Shown: positions 27,267 through 36,845, counted from the first letter of the stretch. The stretch: 56,425 nt of DNA from Burkholderiales bacterium (GCA_044867805.1 JBIOVQ010000281.1:1-56425); one strand, 5' to 3'. Program-made: numbers and translations. The notes: generated from the letters alone by a model not told the origin.

Positions 27267-28799
27267 ATGGCAGCAGCGCAAAAATGGCGCACCGAGGACT
27301 GGGTCGCCGTTTACCTGGGTTTCTTCATCATCGCCGCGGCGCTGGTCGTCTTCAGCGGCAAGCTCTTCGATCTGGGGCAGGTGAGATCGACCTTCCGCTG
27401 GACCACCGATGGGCAGATTGCGTCGCGCGCGGCCGGCTGGACCGCATCGCTCGACGGCATTGTCAAGGATGCCGAGGGCAAGGGCGAGAAGGGCAAGGCG
27501 GTCGCCGCGGCCGCGACCAATCTCAAGGCGGCGCTCACGCAGAACGATCGCAAGGCGATCGAAAGTGCCGCCGGCGCGCTGGCCAAAGCCGGAGGCCGGA
27601 ACACCGTTGCCGGCGGCGTTGGCAGCGAAGTGCGCGGGCACGCCTCGGCTTCCGCCGCCAAGGTCTTCTCCGGCACCAACCTCGCCAAGGGCCTGTACAT
27701 CGGGATCGTAGGGCTTGTCATTGGCGCCGTCGGCTTCGTGCTGATCGGCGGCCAGGTCGGCGCGTTCCTGATCGGGTTCCCGGTCGTCTTCATCCTCGCC
27801 TGGCTCGCTCGCATGCTTGCCGGCAACGGCCTGTTCGTCGAGTACGGCGTCGAATACGTGATCTTCGCGCTGTTCCTGGGCCTGCTGATCAGCAACACCA
27901 TCGGCACGCCGGCGTGGCTCAAGCCCGCGGCGCAGACCGAGTACTACATCAAGACCGGCCTCGTGATTCTCGGCGCCGGGCTGCTGTTCATGGAGGTCGT
28001 CCAGGCCGGCGCGCTGGGGATCATCCAGGCGGTCCTCGTCGTGCTGGTGGTCTGGTATGTGTGCTTCTGGATCGCGCGCAAGCTCAGGGTGGACGATGAT
28101 TTCGCGGCGATGCTGTCCTCGTCGGTCGCGATCTGCGGCGTATCAGCGGCGATCGCGACCTGCGGCGCGATCCAGGGAGACAAGAAGAAGCTTTCCTACG
28201 TCACCTCGCTGGTGCTCATCGTCGCCGTGCCGATGATGATCATCATGCCGTGGCTGGTGAAGGCGTTCCAGATCCCCGACATCGTGGCGGGCGCGTGGAT
28301 GGGCGGCACGCTCGATACCAGCGCGACCGTGGTCGCGGCGGGCGCCCTCATCAGCGACGCGGCGATGAAGACCGGGGTGATCGTCAAGTTCTCGCAGAAC
28401 GCGCTCATCGGGGTCGCGGCGTTCATTCTCGTCGTGTGGTGGACCTACAAGGGCACCGCGGCGGCGGGAGCCGCGAAACCGAGCGCCGGCATCATCTGGG
28501 AGCGCTTCCCGAAGTTCGTGCTCGGCTTCCTGGTCGCTTCCTTCGTGTTCTCGTTCTTCCTGCCCTCCGATATGGTGAGCGGAACGCGCAGTGCGCTCGC
28601 CGAGGTGCGCACGTGGTGGTTCGCGCTCGCCTTCGTGTGCATCGGCCTCGAGACGAAATTCGTGGACTTGGCGACCATGGAAGGCGGGCGGCCGGCAGTC
28701 GCGTTCCTCGCGGCGCAGTTCGTGAACATCTTCTGGACCCTGTTGCTGGCCTACCTGCTGTTCGGCGGTGTCATCTTCCCGGTACCCGACATCAAGTAG
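27267..28799 (+). CDS. YeiH/UPF0324-family putative sulfate-exporter-type transporter with an N-terminal TM helix and Ala/Lys-rich extension
   Basis: The C-terminal ~350 aa match the YeiH pattern (AICGVSAAIATCGAI, many TM helices). GGAGGG lies 7 nt before the ATG at 27267; the ORF track starts earlier, at 27186. Confidence 0.75.
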   Translation: MAAAQKWRTEDWVAVYLGFFIIAAALVVFSGKLFDLGQVRSTFRWTTDGQIASRAAGWTASLDGIVKDAEGKGEKGKAVAAAATNLKAALTQNDRKAIESAAGALAKAGGRNTVAGGVGSEVRGHASASAAKVFSGTNLAKGLYIGIVGLVIGAVGFVLIGGQVGAFLIGFPVVFILAWLARMLAGNGLFVEYGVEYVIFALFLGLLISNTIGTPAWLKPAAQTEYYIKTGLVILGAGLLFMEVVQAGALGIIQAVLVVLVVWYVCFWIARKLRVDDDFAAMLSSSVAICGVSAAIATCGAIQGDKKKLSYVTSLVLIVAVPMMIIMPWLVKAFQIPDIVAGAWMGGTLDTSATVVAAGALISDAAMKTGVIVKFSQNALIGVAAFILVVWWTYKGTAAAGAAKPSAGIIWERFPKFVLGFLVASFVFSFFLPSDMVSGTRSALAEVRTWWFALAFVCIGLETKFVDLATMEGGRPAVAFLAAQFVNIFWTLLLAYLLFGGVIFPVPDIK

Positions 28800-28816
28800 C
28801 CGCGGCGCTCTGAACC

Positions 28817-28857
28817 CAAGCCCCGTGCAGGCGGCCTCGCCGCCCGCCCGGGGCTTG
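28817..28857 (+). terminator. Hairpin CAAGCCCCG...CGGGGCTTG after the yeiH-like stop
   Basis: 9-bp stem enclosing a GC-rich 23-nt loop that can pair further. Confidence 0.35.
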
Positions 28858-28880
28858 TCATTTGCGGGCCACGCGGCGCC

Positions 28881-29741
28881 GTGACGGCAACGGTCCCGCA
28901 CACGTCGGGCTGGATGGAGCGCCTGTTCACGAAGGAGCGCAGGCTCCGGATGGCATGGGAGGTAGAGAGCCGCGGGCGATGCTCGACCCTCGTCGGCACG
29001 GCGCACTTCTTCCCCTACCGCTTCCGCGCCGCGATGCGCAGTCGCGTGCGCGGCGCGGACATGGTGCTGCTCGAAGGGCCGCTCGACGAGGATGCCCGGC
29101 GCAAGGTCGTCGCGGCAGGATCGGCGAGGCGCGGCGCCTCGCTACCCGACGCACTGGACGCGGAGACAATGCGCAAGGTCGGTGCCGTCCTCGCCACACC
29201 GTCCCCGCCCGCCACGAGCGCGCTCTACTGGCACGTGCTGCGCGGGAAAGCGCCAGCCCCGCCGGGCGAGGACTTGAGGCAGCTCGAGCCCTGGATGGCG
29301 TTCTTCCACATCTGGACCGAGTATCGGCGGCACGACGGCTGGATCTACTCGGTGGATCTCGATGCCGCCTCGACCGCCGCCGCCATGCAGAAGGACGTGC
29401 GCGCCCTCGAGACGATCGAGGAGCAGATCGCGACGCTGGGGCGCGTCCCGCTGCACCGCTTCGTGAACTTTCTCGAGAAGGCGAACTGGGAAAGCTACCG
29501 GCGCGACTACGCGCGGCACTACCTCGAAGGGGACCTTCCCGCCCTGATGGCCGTGGCGCGGACGTTCCCGACCTACTGCGAGCCCGTCATCGAAGAGCGC
29601 GATCCCGTGCTCCTCGCGCGGATGATGCCGTTCCTCGAGCGTGGGAACGCGATCGCATTCGTCGGGATCACGCATTGCCCCGGGCTTATCACGCTCCTCC
29701 GCGCACGCGGCTACGCGGTAACCGGCCCGCCGACGTCCTGA
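28881..29741 (+). CDS. TraB/GumN-family protein
   Basis: Motifs LVGTAHFFPY, VLLEGPLDE and FVGITHCPG; GTG start. Confidence 0.8.
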   Translation: MTATVPHTSGWMERLFTKERRLRMAWEVESRGRCSTLVGTAHFFPYRFRAAMRSRVRGADMVLLEGPLDEDARRKVVAAGSARRGASLPDALDAETMRKVGAVLATPSPPATSALYWHVLRGKAPAPPGEDLRQLEPWMAFFHIWTEYRRHDGWIYSVDLDAASTAAAMQKDVRALETIEEQIATLGRVPLHRFVNFLEKANWESYRRDYARHYLEGDLPALMAVARTFPTYCEPVIEERDPVLLARMMPFLERGNAIAFVGITHCPGLITLLRARGYAVTGPPTS

Positions 29742-29755
29742 AAAAACGCTACCCT

Positions 29756-29951
29756 CTTGACGCAAAGCCGCAAAGGCGCAAAGAGGATCGAGGATTCAAA
29801 AATCAAAAAATCTCGGCGCTCTTCCTCTTTCGCGGCAAGGTCCCGAGGCTCTCTTCAAGGCGTCGGCGGGTAGAATCTCGACGTAAAGCGTCAAAAGGTT
29901 CTCCCCTTTTAATCAGGGACTTTCTTTGCGTCTTCGCGCCTTTGCGTCAAG
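29756..29951. repeat. Composite CGCAAAG-class element with near-perfect termini CTTGACGCAAAG...CTTTGCGTCAAG
   Basis: Arms at 29756-29786 and 29920-29951. The ~133-nt interior has its own inverted repeats (ATCGAGGATTC / GAATCTCGAC). It lies between convergent stops. Confidence 0.88.
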
Positions 29952-29971
29952 ATATTGTTGCTAGGCGCGCG

Positions 29972-30202
29972 CTATTTCGCGTCGCTGGCGATGCCCGGGT
30001 ACTGATCCGCGCAGTCGTGCCGCTTGCGCTCGCCGTCGTACCAGTAGAGCTTGCCGGCGTCCTCGGTCCGCGCCGTTGTCTTGTGCGTGCCGTCGCAGAA
30101 CGGCTGATTCCTCGAAAGCCCGCAGCCGCAGATGAACTGGGCTTCCTGGGAGACATCCACCCTGTACGGTCCAGTTGCTGTGCGTTTCACGAGTCTCGCC
30201 AT
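29972..30202 (-). CDS. CDGSH iron-sulfur domain protein
   Basis: CGCGLSRNQPFCDGTHK is the CDGSH [2Fe-2S] motif; 76 aa. Confidence 0.85.
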   Translation of the reverse strand: MARLVKRTATGPYRVDVSQEAQFICGCGLSRNQPFCDGTHKTTARTEDAGKLYWYDGERKRHDCADQYPGIASDAK

Positions 30203-30216
30203 GCGGATTCTCCTAA

Positions 30217-30288
30217 GCCGTCAGCCGACAGACGTCAGCCGCCAGCAGTAAGTTATCGACTGGCGTCTGGCATCCGGCGTCTGGCGGC
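30217..30288. repeat. Stutter hairpin: GCCGTCA-GCCGACA-GACGTCA-GCCGCCA ... CTGGCGT-CTGGCAT-CCGGCGT-CTGGCGG
   Basis: 7-nt periodic arms with a 13-nt AT-rich loop. It lies between the gltS-like stop and the CDGSH start, on the same strand. Confidence 0.82.
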
Positions 30289-30290
30289 TC

Positions 30291-31814
30291 CTAGGCTGCC
30301 ACCGTCGCCGCCGCCGTTGCCTGCTTCGACGCTGTCCGTGAGCCTACGATGGGGTACGGGTAAAGCATGTTGAGCGCGACGCTCTGGTTGGCGGTCTGCA
30401 CGATGCGCACGTGCTCGCGCTTGAGCTCGCGCGCATGCCGGCAGCCGCAGGAGTGCGCGATCATGTCGATCTCCTTGTTCATGTTGCGCGCGTAGTTCGC
30501 CACCCGCAAGTGCTTCTCCTCGACCACCAGGCCGCGCTGCAGGCGCTTGTTGTGGGTGGTTACGCCGGTGGGACAGGTATTGGTATGGCAGCGCAGCGCT
30601 TGGATGCAGCCGAGGGAGAACATGAAGCCGCGCGCGGTGACCACGAAATCCGCCCCCACGCACAACGCCCACGCCGCGCGCGCCGAGGTGACGAGCTTGC
30701 CGGCCGCAACGACGCGTATGCGGTTCTTAAGGTCCGATTGAAGCAGGGAATCCACCACGCGCGGCAGCGCTTCCGCGATCGGCAGCGCCATGTGATCCAT
30801 CAGGGTCTGCGGGGCCGCCCCGCTGCCCCCTTCGCCGCCGTCGATGTGCAGGAAATCGGGCGCGTACTCCTTGCCCCTCCGCAGCACGGTCTCGCACAGG
30901 TCGTTGATGAACTCCCAGCCGCCGACCGCCGTCTTGATGCCCACCGGCCGCCCCGTCAGGTCGCGGAGCTGCGCGACCTTGTCGAGGAGCTGGTCCATGT
31001 TGGCGATGTCGTAATGGCGGTTGGGGCTGATCGAGTCCTTGCCCGCCGGGATGCCGCGGATGCGCGAGATCTCCTCGGTCACCTTGCTGCCCGGAAGCAC
31101 ACCCCCCTTGCCCGGCTTCGCCCCCTGCGAAAGCTTGATCTCGAAGGCCTTGACGTGCCGCGCCAGCTCCCTGGCTTTTTCGTTCGAGAAGCTGCCATCG
31201 AGGCTGCGCATTCCGTACTTGGCCGTGCCCATCTGCATCACCACGTCGCAGCCGCCCTCGAGGTGATACGGGGCGAGGCCGCCTTCCCCGGTGCCGAGCC
31301 AGCAGCCGGCCAGCGCCGCGCCGCGGGACAGCGAGCGCACCGCGGGCGCCGAGATCGCGCCGAAGCTCATGCCGCTGATATTGATGATCGAGCGCGCCTC
31401 GAATGGCTGCTTGCAATAGCCTTCGCCCAGCACCAGTGACGGTGTCGGCAGCCGGTCCTCCTCCAGCACCGGGAACGGGTGGTTGACGAAGATGATCGAG
31501 CCCGGCTCGCGCAGGTCGTTGGTCGAGCCGAAGCCGATGATGCTGCCCTCGCCTTTGGCCAGCCGGTAGATGAAGCCGCGCGTCGCGCGGTTGAACGGCA
31601 TCTCGTCGCGGTCGCCCGCGAAGAAATACTGGCGGAAGTACTCGCCGAGGTCCTCGAAGAAGAAGCGCAACCGGCCGATCACCGGGAAATTGCGCAGCAC
31701 GGTGTGCTTTTTCTGCGTGACGTCGTGGATGATCAGGACGACCAGCCCGCCGATCAGCACGATGGCGATGATCGTGCCGAGGCCGTACGACAATACGCTC
31801 AGCATGCCTTCCAT
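30291..31814 (-). CDS. FMN-binding glutamate synthase family protein (GltB domain-2-like) with an N-terminal TM anchor
   Basis: Motifs ISGMSFGA, KLSQGAKPGKGG, IDGGEGGSGAAP and GKL..S.. match the GltS FMN domain. Confidence 0.88.
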   Translation of the reverse strand: MEGMLSVLSYGLGTIIAIVLIGGLVVLIIHDVTQKKHTVLRNFPVIGRLRFFFEDLGEYFRQYFFAGDRDEMPFNRATRGFIYRLAKGEGSIIGFGSTNDLREPGSIIFVNHPFPVLEEDRLPTPSLVLGEGYCKQPFEARSIINISGMSFGAISAPAVRSLSRGAALAGCWLGTGEGGLAPYHLEGGCDVVMQMGTAKYGMRSLDGSFSNEKARELARHVKAFEIKLSQGAKPGKGGVLPGSKVTEEISRIRGIPAGKDSISPNRHYDIANMDQLLDKVAQLRDLTGRPVGIKTAVGGWEFINDLCETVLRRGKEYAPDFLHIDGGEGGSGAAPQTLMDHMALPIAEALPRVVDSLLQSDLKNRIRVVAAGKLVTSARAAWALCVGADFVVTARGFMFSLGCIQALRCHTNTCPTGVTTHNKRLQRGLVVEEKHLRVANYARNMNKEIDMIAHSCGCRHARELKREHVRIVQTANQSVALNMLYPYPIVGSRTASKQATAAATVAA

Positions 31815-31825
31815 CCCGCCCCTTT

Positions 31826-31859
31826 AGGATTTTGCCGAGCGCCTGTTCGACAAAATCCT
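31826..31859 (-). promoter_or_regulatory. 5'-leader hairpin/operator candidate (AGGATTTTG-N16-CAAAATCCT) 12 nt upstream of the gltS-like start
   Basis: Perfect 9-bp inverted repeat read from the sequence, located in the divergent nadC / gltS-like intergenic region. Confidence 0.3.
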
Positions 31860-31966
31860 GAATAATGTCTCACATAATCCTCCATCTGGCTGTCCATGGA
31901 ATATCCGCCCCCACTGGCTGCTAGAATTCCCGCAAAGGCCCTTGCGAATAACTATAGTTTAATACA

Positions 31967-32800
31967 GTGGACCTGGCACCCGAGATCGAGCGCAATGTCC
32001 GCGCCGCCCTGGCCGAGGACGTGGGGAGCGGCGACCTTACCGCGCCGCTCATTCCTTCGGGCAAGCGGGTGCGCGCGACGGTGGTGTGCCGCCAAGAAAC
32101 TGTCCTGTGCGGACAGCCCTGGTTCGAAGCCAGTCTGCGCCACGTCGACCCCTCCGCGAAGGTTTCGTGGGCCGTCCAGGAAGGGGCAGACGTCCCGGCT
32201 GACATGCGGGTCTGCTCGGTCGATGCGGAAGCCCGCGCCCTCCTCGCCGCGGAGCGCGTGGCGCTCAATTTCCTCCAAACCTTGTCCGGGGTCGCAACCG
32301 CCACCCGGCGCTACGTCAAGGCGATCGCCGGGACGCGGGCGCGGATCGTGGATACCCGCAAGACCCTGCCGGGGTTGCGTCTGGCGCAGAAGTACGCCGT
32401 GCGCATCGGCGGCGGTTCCAACCATCGCATCGGCTTGTACGATGCCATGCTGATCAAGGAAAACCACATCGCCGCGGCAGGCGGCATCCGGCAGGCGATC
32501 ACGCAGGCGCGCACGCTCAAGAACAAGGGCGACTGGATACAGGTCGAGGTGGAGAGCCTCGATCAGCTGAGGGAAGCCCTCGACGCCGGCGCGGCGATGA
32601 TCCTGCTCGACAACATGACAGTGGACCAGATGCGTGAAGCAGTGAGGATCTCGGCCGGCCGCGCGGAGCTGGAAGCCTCCGGCGGCATCGCGCTCGAGAA
32701 CGCTCGCGCGATTGCCGAGACCGGCGTGGACCGCATGTCGGTGGGAAGCCTGACGAAGGATCTGAAGGCGGCCGATTTCTCGATGCGGTTTGAGCCTTAA
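31967..32800 (+). CDS. nadC: Nicotinate-nucleotide diphosphorylase (carboxylating) / quinolinate phosphoribosyltransferase
   Basis: Motifs TRKTLPGLRLAQKYAVRIGGGSNHR, MLIKENH and ILLDNM; GTG start. Confidence 0.93.
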   Translation: MDLAPEIERNVRAALAEDVGSGDLTAPLIPSGKRVRATVVCRQETVLCGQPWFEASLRHVDPSAKVSWAVQEGADVPADMRVCSVDAEARALLAAERVALNFLQTLSGVATATRRYVKAIAGTRARIVDTRKTLPGLRLAQKYAVRIGGGSNHRIGLYDAMLIKENHIAAAGGIRQAITQARTLKNKGDWIQVEVESLDQLREALDAGAAMILLDNMTVDQMREAVRISAGRAELEASGGIALENARAIAETGVDRMSVGSLTKDLKAADFSMRFEP

Positions 32801-32803
32801 ATT

Positions 32804-33073
32804 AGCCGCCAAGACGCCAAGGCGCCTAGAGAACAAATAGACAGGATTAACAGGATTAGATCAAAAGCTTTACCGCAAAGGGAACGATAATAAGATCAAG
32901 AGCCAACCCGAGTCCGCGAAGAACGGCGCCAAGAGCGGCATACAGGAAACGCCCACATATTTTGATCACCGTCCTGGCGAGCGGATGATGCGGCCGGAGT
33001 TCGGATCTCCCTTAGAGCCCGCTTTCTGCCGTAGAAAATGGCCGTCTACGCTGGCGTCCGGCGTCTGGCGTCT
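32804..33073. repeat. Composite element: GCCGCCAA-GACGCCAA-GGCGCC arm, ~220-nt less GC-rich interior, CTGGCGTC-CGGCGTCT-GGCGTCT arm
   Basis: Arms at 32804-32826 and 33050-33073. The interior begins with tandem ACAGGATTA x2 and the core shared with 14709-14726. Confidence 0.8.
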
Positions 33074-33683
33074 ATTTGGGGTCCGGAGCCTCGAACGTGA
33101 TCCCGATGTTCTTGAAGTTCTCCCACACCGCCCTGCCCCACCGCTTCACGATCGCGTCGCCGATAGCGGGGTCGAACTTGACGTCGTTGAAGGCGTCCTC
33201 CTTCCTGCCCTGAACGATGGCGAGCAGGCGCGCGTCCTTCACGTCGGAGATATTCCGGAATGTGCGGAAGACCCCTGGCGGAACGGCGATCAGGTCGAAC
33301 GGCTCGAGCACGATGCTGTGCTCCGCTTTGTCGCCCCAGAGAATCTCGAACCGCCCGGTGAGGCATAAAAAGATCTCGTGGGTGAGGCAGTGCGCGTGCA
33401 TTGCGGGCCCCTGTCCCGGCGGGCACTCCGCTATCACCACCTCGACGCCCGGTGCCCCGACCACTGCCGGCTTCGCCGCCGAGCGCTTGTTGCCCTCGGG
33501 CGCGAGCAGCACGTACACGTTCTTCGCGGCCAGGAGCTCATACGCCTCCCCAGGAATCCCCACGTTCTGCTCGGTGTAGCTCTTCTTGCTCGGCTGCAGT
33601 CGGGAAAATCGCGCCACCCGCTTTTCCATCTGCTCTGGGGTCACGTCCGGGGTTTTCACGGCCATCTCCTGGTAAAGCGGCAT
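33072..33683 (-). CDS. Cupin-domain protein
   Basis: Cupin motifs GPAMHAHCLTHEIFLCLTGRF and IAVPPGVFRTF. The ATG at 33683 (MPLYQEM) is preferred to the longer ORF-track start. Confidence 0.75.
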   Translation of the reverse strand: MPLYQEMAVKTPDVTPEQMEKRVARFSRLQPSKKSYTEQNVGIPGEAYELLAAKNVYVLLAPEGNKRSAAKPAVVGAPGVEVVIAECPPGQGPAMHAHCLTHEIFLCLTGRFEILWGDKAEHSIVLEPFDLIAVPPGVFRTFRNISDVKDARLLAIVQGRKEDAFNDVKFDPAIGDAIVKRWGRAVWENFKNIGITFEAPDPK

Positions 33684-33797
33684 TGTGCGCCGGGCGTTGT
33701 CGCTCTTCAATTCGGGAAAGAAAAAACGGGCGCCGCCTGGCGCCCGTCTATTCTCCGCGCGACGCGCGGGGGTCATCCCTCATCCTTCACCCTTCCA

Positions 33798-35780
33798 CTA
33801 CGCCCTGCGCCGCCGCTCCGCAAGATAGATGGTATTGCCGTGCCTCAGGGTCGTGCGCATGATCGCGGAAATTTCACTGGCGGCGCGCGCCTCGCAGAAA
33901 TAGTGGCCCTGTATCTCGTCGCAGCCTTCGCCGCGCAGGAAGCCAAGCTGCGCCTCGCTTTCGACTCCTTCCGCCACCACTTTGAGGCGCAGGTTGTGCG
34001 CCATGGCGATTACCGCCTGGGCGATCGCCATGCTGTCAACGTCGTCCGGAATGTCCTCGACGAAAGAGCGGTCCACTTTCACGCAGTCAATCGGGAAGCG
34101 CTTGAGATATGCGAGCGATGAATAGCCGGTGCCGAAATCATCGATTGCGACGCGGATGCCCAGGTCCTTCAGTTGCTGGAGCAGGTTGACCGCCTGCTCA
34201 GGGTTATTCATGACCATGCTCTCGGTGATCTCGAGCTCCAGGTCCGACGGCGCCAGTCCGGACGCATCGAGCGCCGCCCTGACGTCATCCAGGAGGGTTT
34301 CTCCGGCAAACTGGCGGGACGACAGGTTGACCGCGACGGGAAAGCGCCGCACGCCCTGCCTCTGCCATGTCCGGTTCTGGATGCACGCGGTTTTCAACAC
34401 CCAGGCCCCGATCGGCAGTATGAGGCCATTCTCCTCCGCGATCGGAATGAACCGGCCGGGCGCGACCCACCCGAGCTCCGGATGCTGCCAGCGCAGCAGT
34501 GCCTCCATCCCGGTGATGAGGCCGCTGGCGATGTTCACCTTGGGTTGGTAGTGCAGCGTGAATTCCTCGCGCTCCAGCGCGCGGCGCAAGCCGGATTCCA
34601 GCGCCAGGCGCTCCACGGAATAGTTGTCGATCTGCGCCGAGTAGAATTGATAGTTGTTCTTTCCCTTCTCCTTGGCGCGGTACATCGCGATGTCCGCGTT
34701 CCTCAGCAGGGTCCTGCCGTCCTCCGGGTAGACACTGATGCCGATGCTGGCGGTGATATGGATCTCCTGCCCGTCTATGACGAAAGGCTGGCCCACGGCG
34801 TCCAGGATTCGCTGCGCCACGCGGGTAATCGGCTCACGGTCGGTGAGCTCGTCCATCAGCACCACGAATTCGTCGCCTCCCTGCCGGGCCATGGTATCGG
34901 TCTCCCGCAGGCAATCGTAGAGCCGCTGCGCCGTAATCTGCAGCAGCCTGTCGCCTGCGTCGTGACCGAGGGTGTCGTTGATGTTCTTGAAGCGGTCCAG
35001 ATCCACGAACAGGACCGCCAGCTGCCTGCCGTGACGCTGCGCTCTCGCGAGAGCGTGCGACAAGCGCTCGTGGAGAAGAGTGCGATTGGGCAACGCCGTG
35101 AGCGGGTCGTGGGTGGCGACCACCCGGAGTTTTTCTTCAGCCCGTCTGCGCTCCGCGATGTCCCGGTAAACAAAATAGCAGAGCAGGCCGAGGAAGATCA
35201 GGCCGAAGCTGGTGGCGACATAGAACGTCACCAGGCTGAACTGCGAACTTTCCCGCAATTCTTCGGTCTGCCGCGCCAACAGCCCGCCTTGCGATGCTGC
35301 GAACTCGGCGAGAAGCTGGTCGATCCGCTCCCGGGTGTACTTACCCTCCTCCGTCGTTATGGCTTTTAAGGCAGCGGTCTTTGCTCCTTTCCTGGAGTAA
35401 TCGAGCGTGCTCTCGAATTCGGCTGTTCGCGCACGGATCAGCGATTGCAGCAGCTCGCTCTTCTCCAACTCACTGGAGTCATTTTCGACCAACCCCTGGA
35501 CTTCGTTCACCTGGTTTTCGGTGGAATTCAGCAGCTTCAGAGAATGCTCCAGGTAGTCCGCGTTCCCGGTGATGATGTAGTTGCGTTGTCCGGTCTCGGA
35601 GCTGATGACGGTCGACCTCACCTCCCTCAGCAAATCCCTGACCTGCAGGCCGTGCTCGACAGCCTGACTAGCTTCCGTAAGAGTGACGACGGCCCGGCCG
35701 GCGATGAATGCGTTGACGACCAGGATCGCGATGCCCAGGCCGAACCAGATGATGACTTTCCGGGGAACAGCCGGGTTCAT
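33798..35780 (-). CDS. Membrane-bound CHASE3-like sensor / GGDEF / EAL c-di-GMP turnover protein
   Basis: TM, periplasmic helical sensor, TM, then RQGGDEFVVL (GGDEF) and EALLRW, DDFGTGYSSL, KVDRSFV (EAL). Confidence 0.9.
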   Translation of the reverse strand: MNPAVPRKVIIWFGLGIAILVVNAFIAGRAVVTLTEASQAVEHGLQVRDLLREVRSTVISSETGQRNYIITGNADYLEHSLKLLNSTENQVNEVQGLVENDSSELEKSELLQSLIRARTAEFESTLDYSRKGAKTAALKAITTEEGKYTRERIDQLLAEFAASQGGLLARQTEELRESSQFSLVTFYVATSFGLIFLGLLCYFVYRDIAERRRAEEKLRVVATHDPLTALPNRTLLHERLSHALARAQRHGRQLAVLFVDLDRFKNINDTLGHDAGDRLLQITAQRLYDCLRETDTMARQGGDEFVVLMDELTDREPITRVAQRILDAVGQPFVIDGQEIHITASIGISVYPEDGRTLLRNADIAMYRAKEKGKNNYQFYSAQIDNYSVERLALESGLRRALEREEFTLHYQPKVNIASGLITGMEALLRWQHPELGWVAPGRFIPIAEENGLILPIGAWVLKTACIQNRTWQRQGVRRFPVAVNLSSRQFAGETLLDDVRAALDASGLAPSDLELEITESMVMNNPEQAVNLLQQLKDLGIRVAIDDFGTGYSSLAYLKRFPIDCVKVDRSFVEDIPDDVDSMAIAQAVIAMAHNLRLKVVAEGVESEAQLGFLRGEGCDEIQGHYFCEARAASEISAIMRTTLRHGNTIYLAERRRRA

Positions 35781-36098
35781 GGCGTTCCCGCGCCAGCAGA
35801 AATACAGATGAAGACCAACTCACCCTCCCAATATCCAAAAGTATGGCAAATAAATGGGCCCAAGCCCATTCACTTGTTCACATCTTCCTGGAGAAAACTC
35901 AAGACCTTGCGGCCGGAAACTCCCACGCTTCTTGAGGCGTGCGCGCTTAGAGCGCATGCTAGGACACTCGGCACGATTTTCGCAACGAATTCAAGCCCGA
36001 GAAACAGAGACGGCGAAATGACGCCGAAGTAATCCGCCGCCGCACTGCTGTCCGCTACCCGCACCTATGTACGGTAGACAACATATGCGCCAGCCTCG

Positions 36099-36167
36099 TG
36101 CGTCGCGCAGAACATCCACGAAGCTGCGGTCGATCTTGAGAAAATCCAGCGGGAACCGCCGAAGGTA
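36099..36167 (-). pseudogene. Relic of an EAL-domain gene
   Basis: The minus strand reads YLRRFPLDFLKIDRSFVDVLRD, preceded by a stop. Compare YLKRFPIDCVKVDRSFVEDI and YLKRFPLDALKIDRSFVRDL in the two intact EAL genes of this window. The flanking sequence no longer reads as EAL. Confidence 0.55.
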
Positions 36168-36335
36168 CTAGCAGGTCACGCACGATGATGGGGACAGATT
36201 CTTGTTCGTGTTCGCAAGGTGCGGATGACTACGCTACCCCTGTGGTCACGAGAACGCAAAGACACCGCACATCGCCGCGAATGATGAATGAGCCGGGCAG
36301 CCGTGAAAAGGGAAAAAGACCATATTACCGATGGA

Positions 36336-36845
36336 TCAGCGCATCTCGATGCACGAGTTTACGCCTTCCGCGCATTTTGTCGGGGGCTCCAGGACAAACA
36401 TCATCGAGTCAAAATCGAGCATGTCGGCGTATCGGTTCTCGCCACGCTCACGCCACACGCGCAACGTCTCTGCGAATAAATCACTGCCCAGATGATCGTA
36501 GCCGCGGCAGCGCTTTTCCTCGTGCTCGAGCACCGAGGGGGTCCCCACGTATTGAACGTCAATGTAGATGTCGCAAGCCCCGCGCCAGAAATCCGGCCGC
36601 GCGCAGCTATCGAGGGACGTCTCCGGGATCGGCGTGCCCGCGGGCACCTTGATGCAATAGCCGCGCATGGCGATCCGCGCCACGTAGCGCGTCTCGATGC
36701 GCAGCGTGGGCCAGCCTGGAACGGGCGCATCTTTCAGCACGGGCTGGTTGGCGGTTCCCTCAATCCGCGCCGGCGCCTGCGGCGCGACCTGCGCGCAGGC
36801 GGTCGCGAGAACGAGGACTACCAGCAACGGCGAATAACGCTTCAC
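36336..36845 (-). CDS. Hypothetical lipoprotein
   Basis: Lipobox LVLATAC after a short basic N-terminus; 169 aa; GTG start. Confidence 0.6.
   Translation of the reverse strand: MKRYSPLLVVLVLATACAQVAPQAPARIEGTANQPVLKDAPVPGWPTLRIETRYVARIAMRGYCIKVPAGTPIPETSLDSCARPDFWRGACDIYIDVQYVGTPSVLEHEEKRCRGYDHLGSDLFAETLRVWRERGENRYADMLDFDSMMFVLEPPTKCAEGVNSCIEMR

Noticed and set aside
32856-32969. 37-codon hydrophobic minus-strand ORF (MIKICGRFLYAALGAVLRGLGLALDLIIVPFAVKLLI) inside the 32804-33073 element; considered as a type I toxin-like peptide
   Set aside because: It starts at GTG, and the only SD-like AGGA is too close (about 3 nt). No equivalent ORF exists in the other element interiors. The evidence is insufficient, so I am only flagging it.
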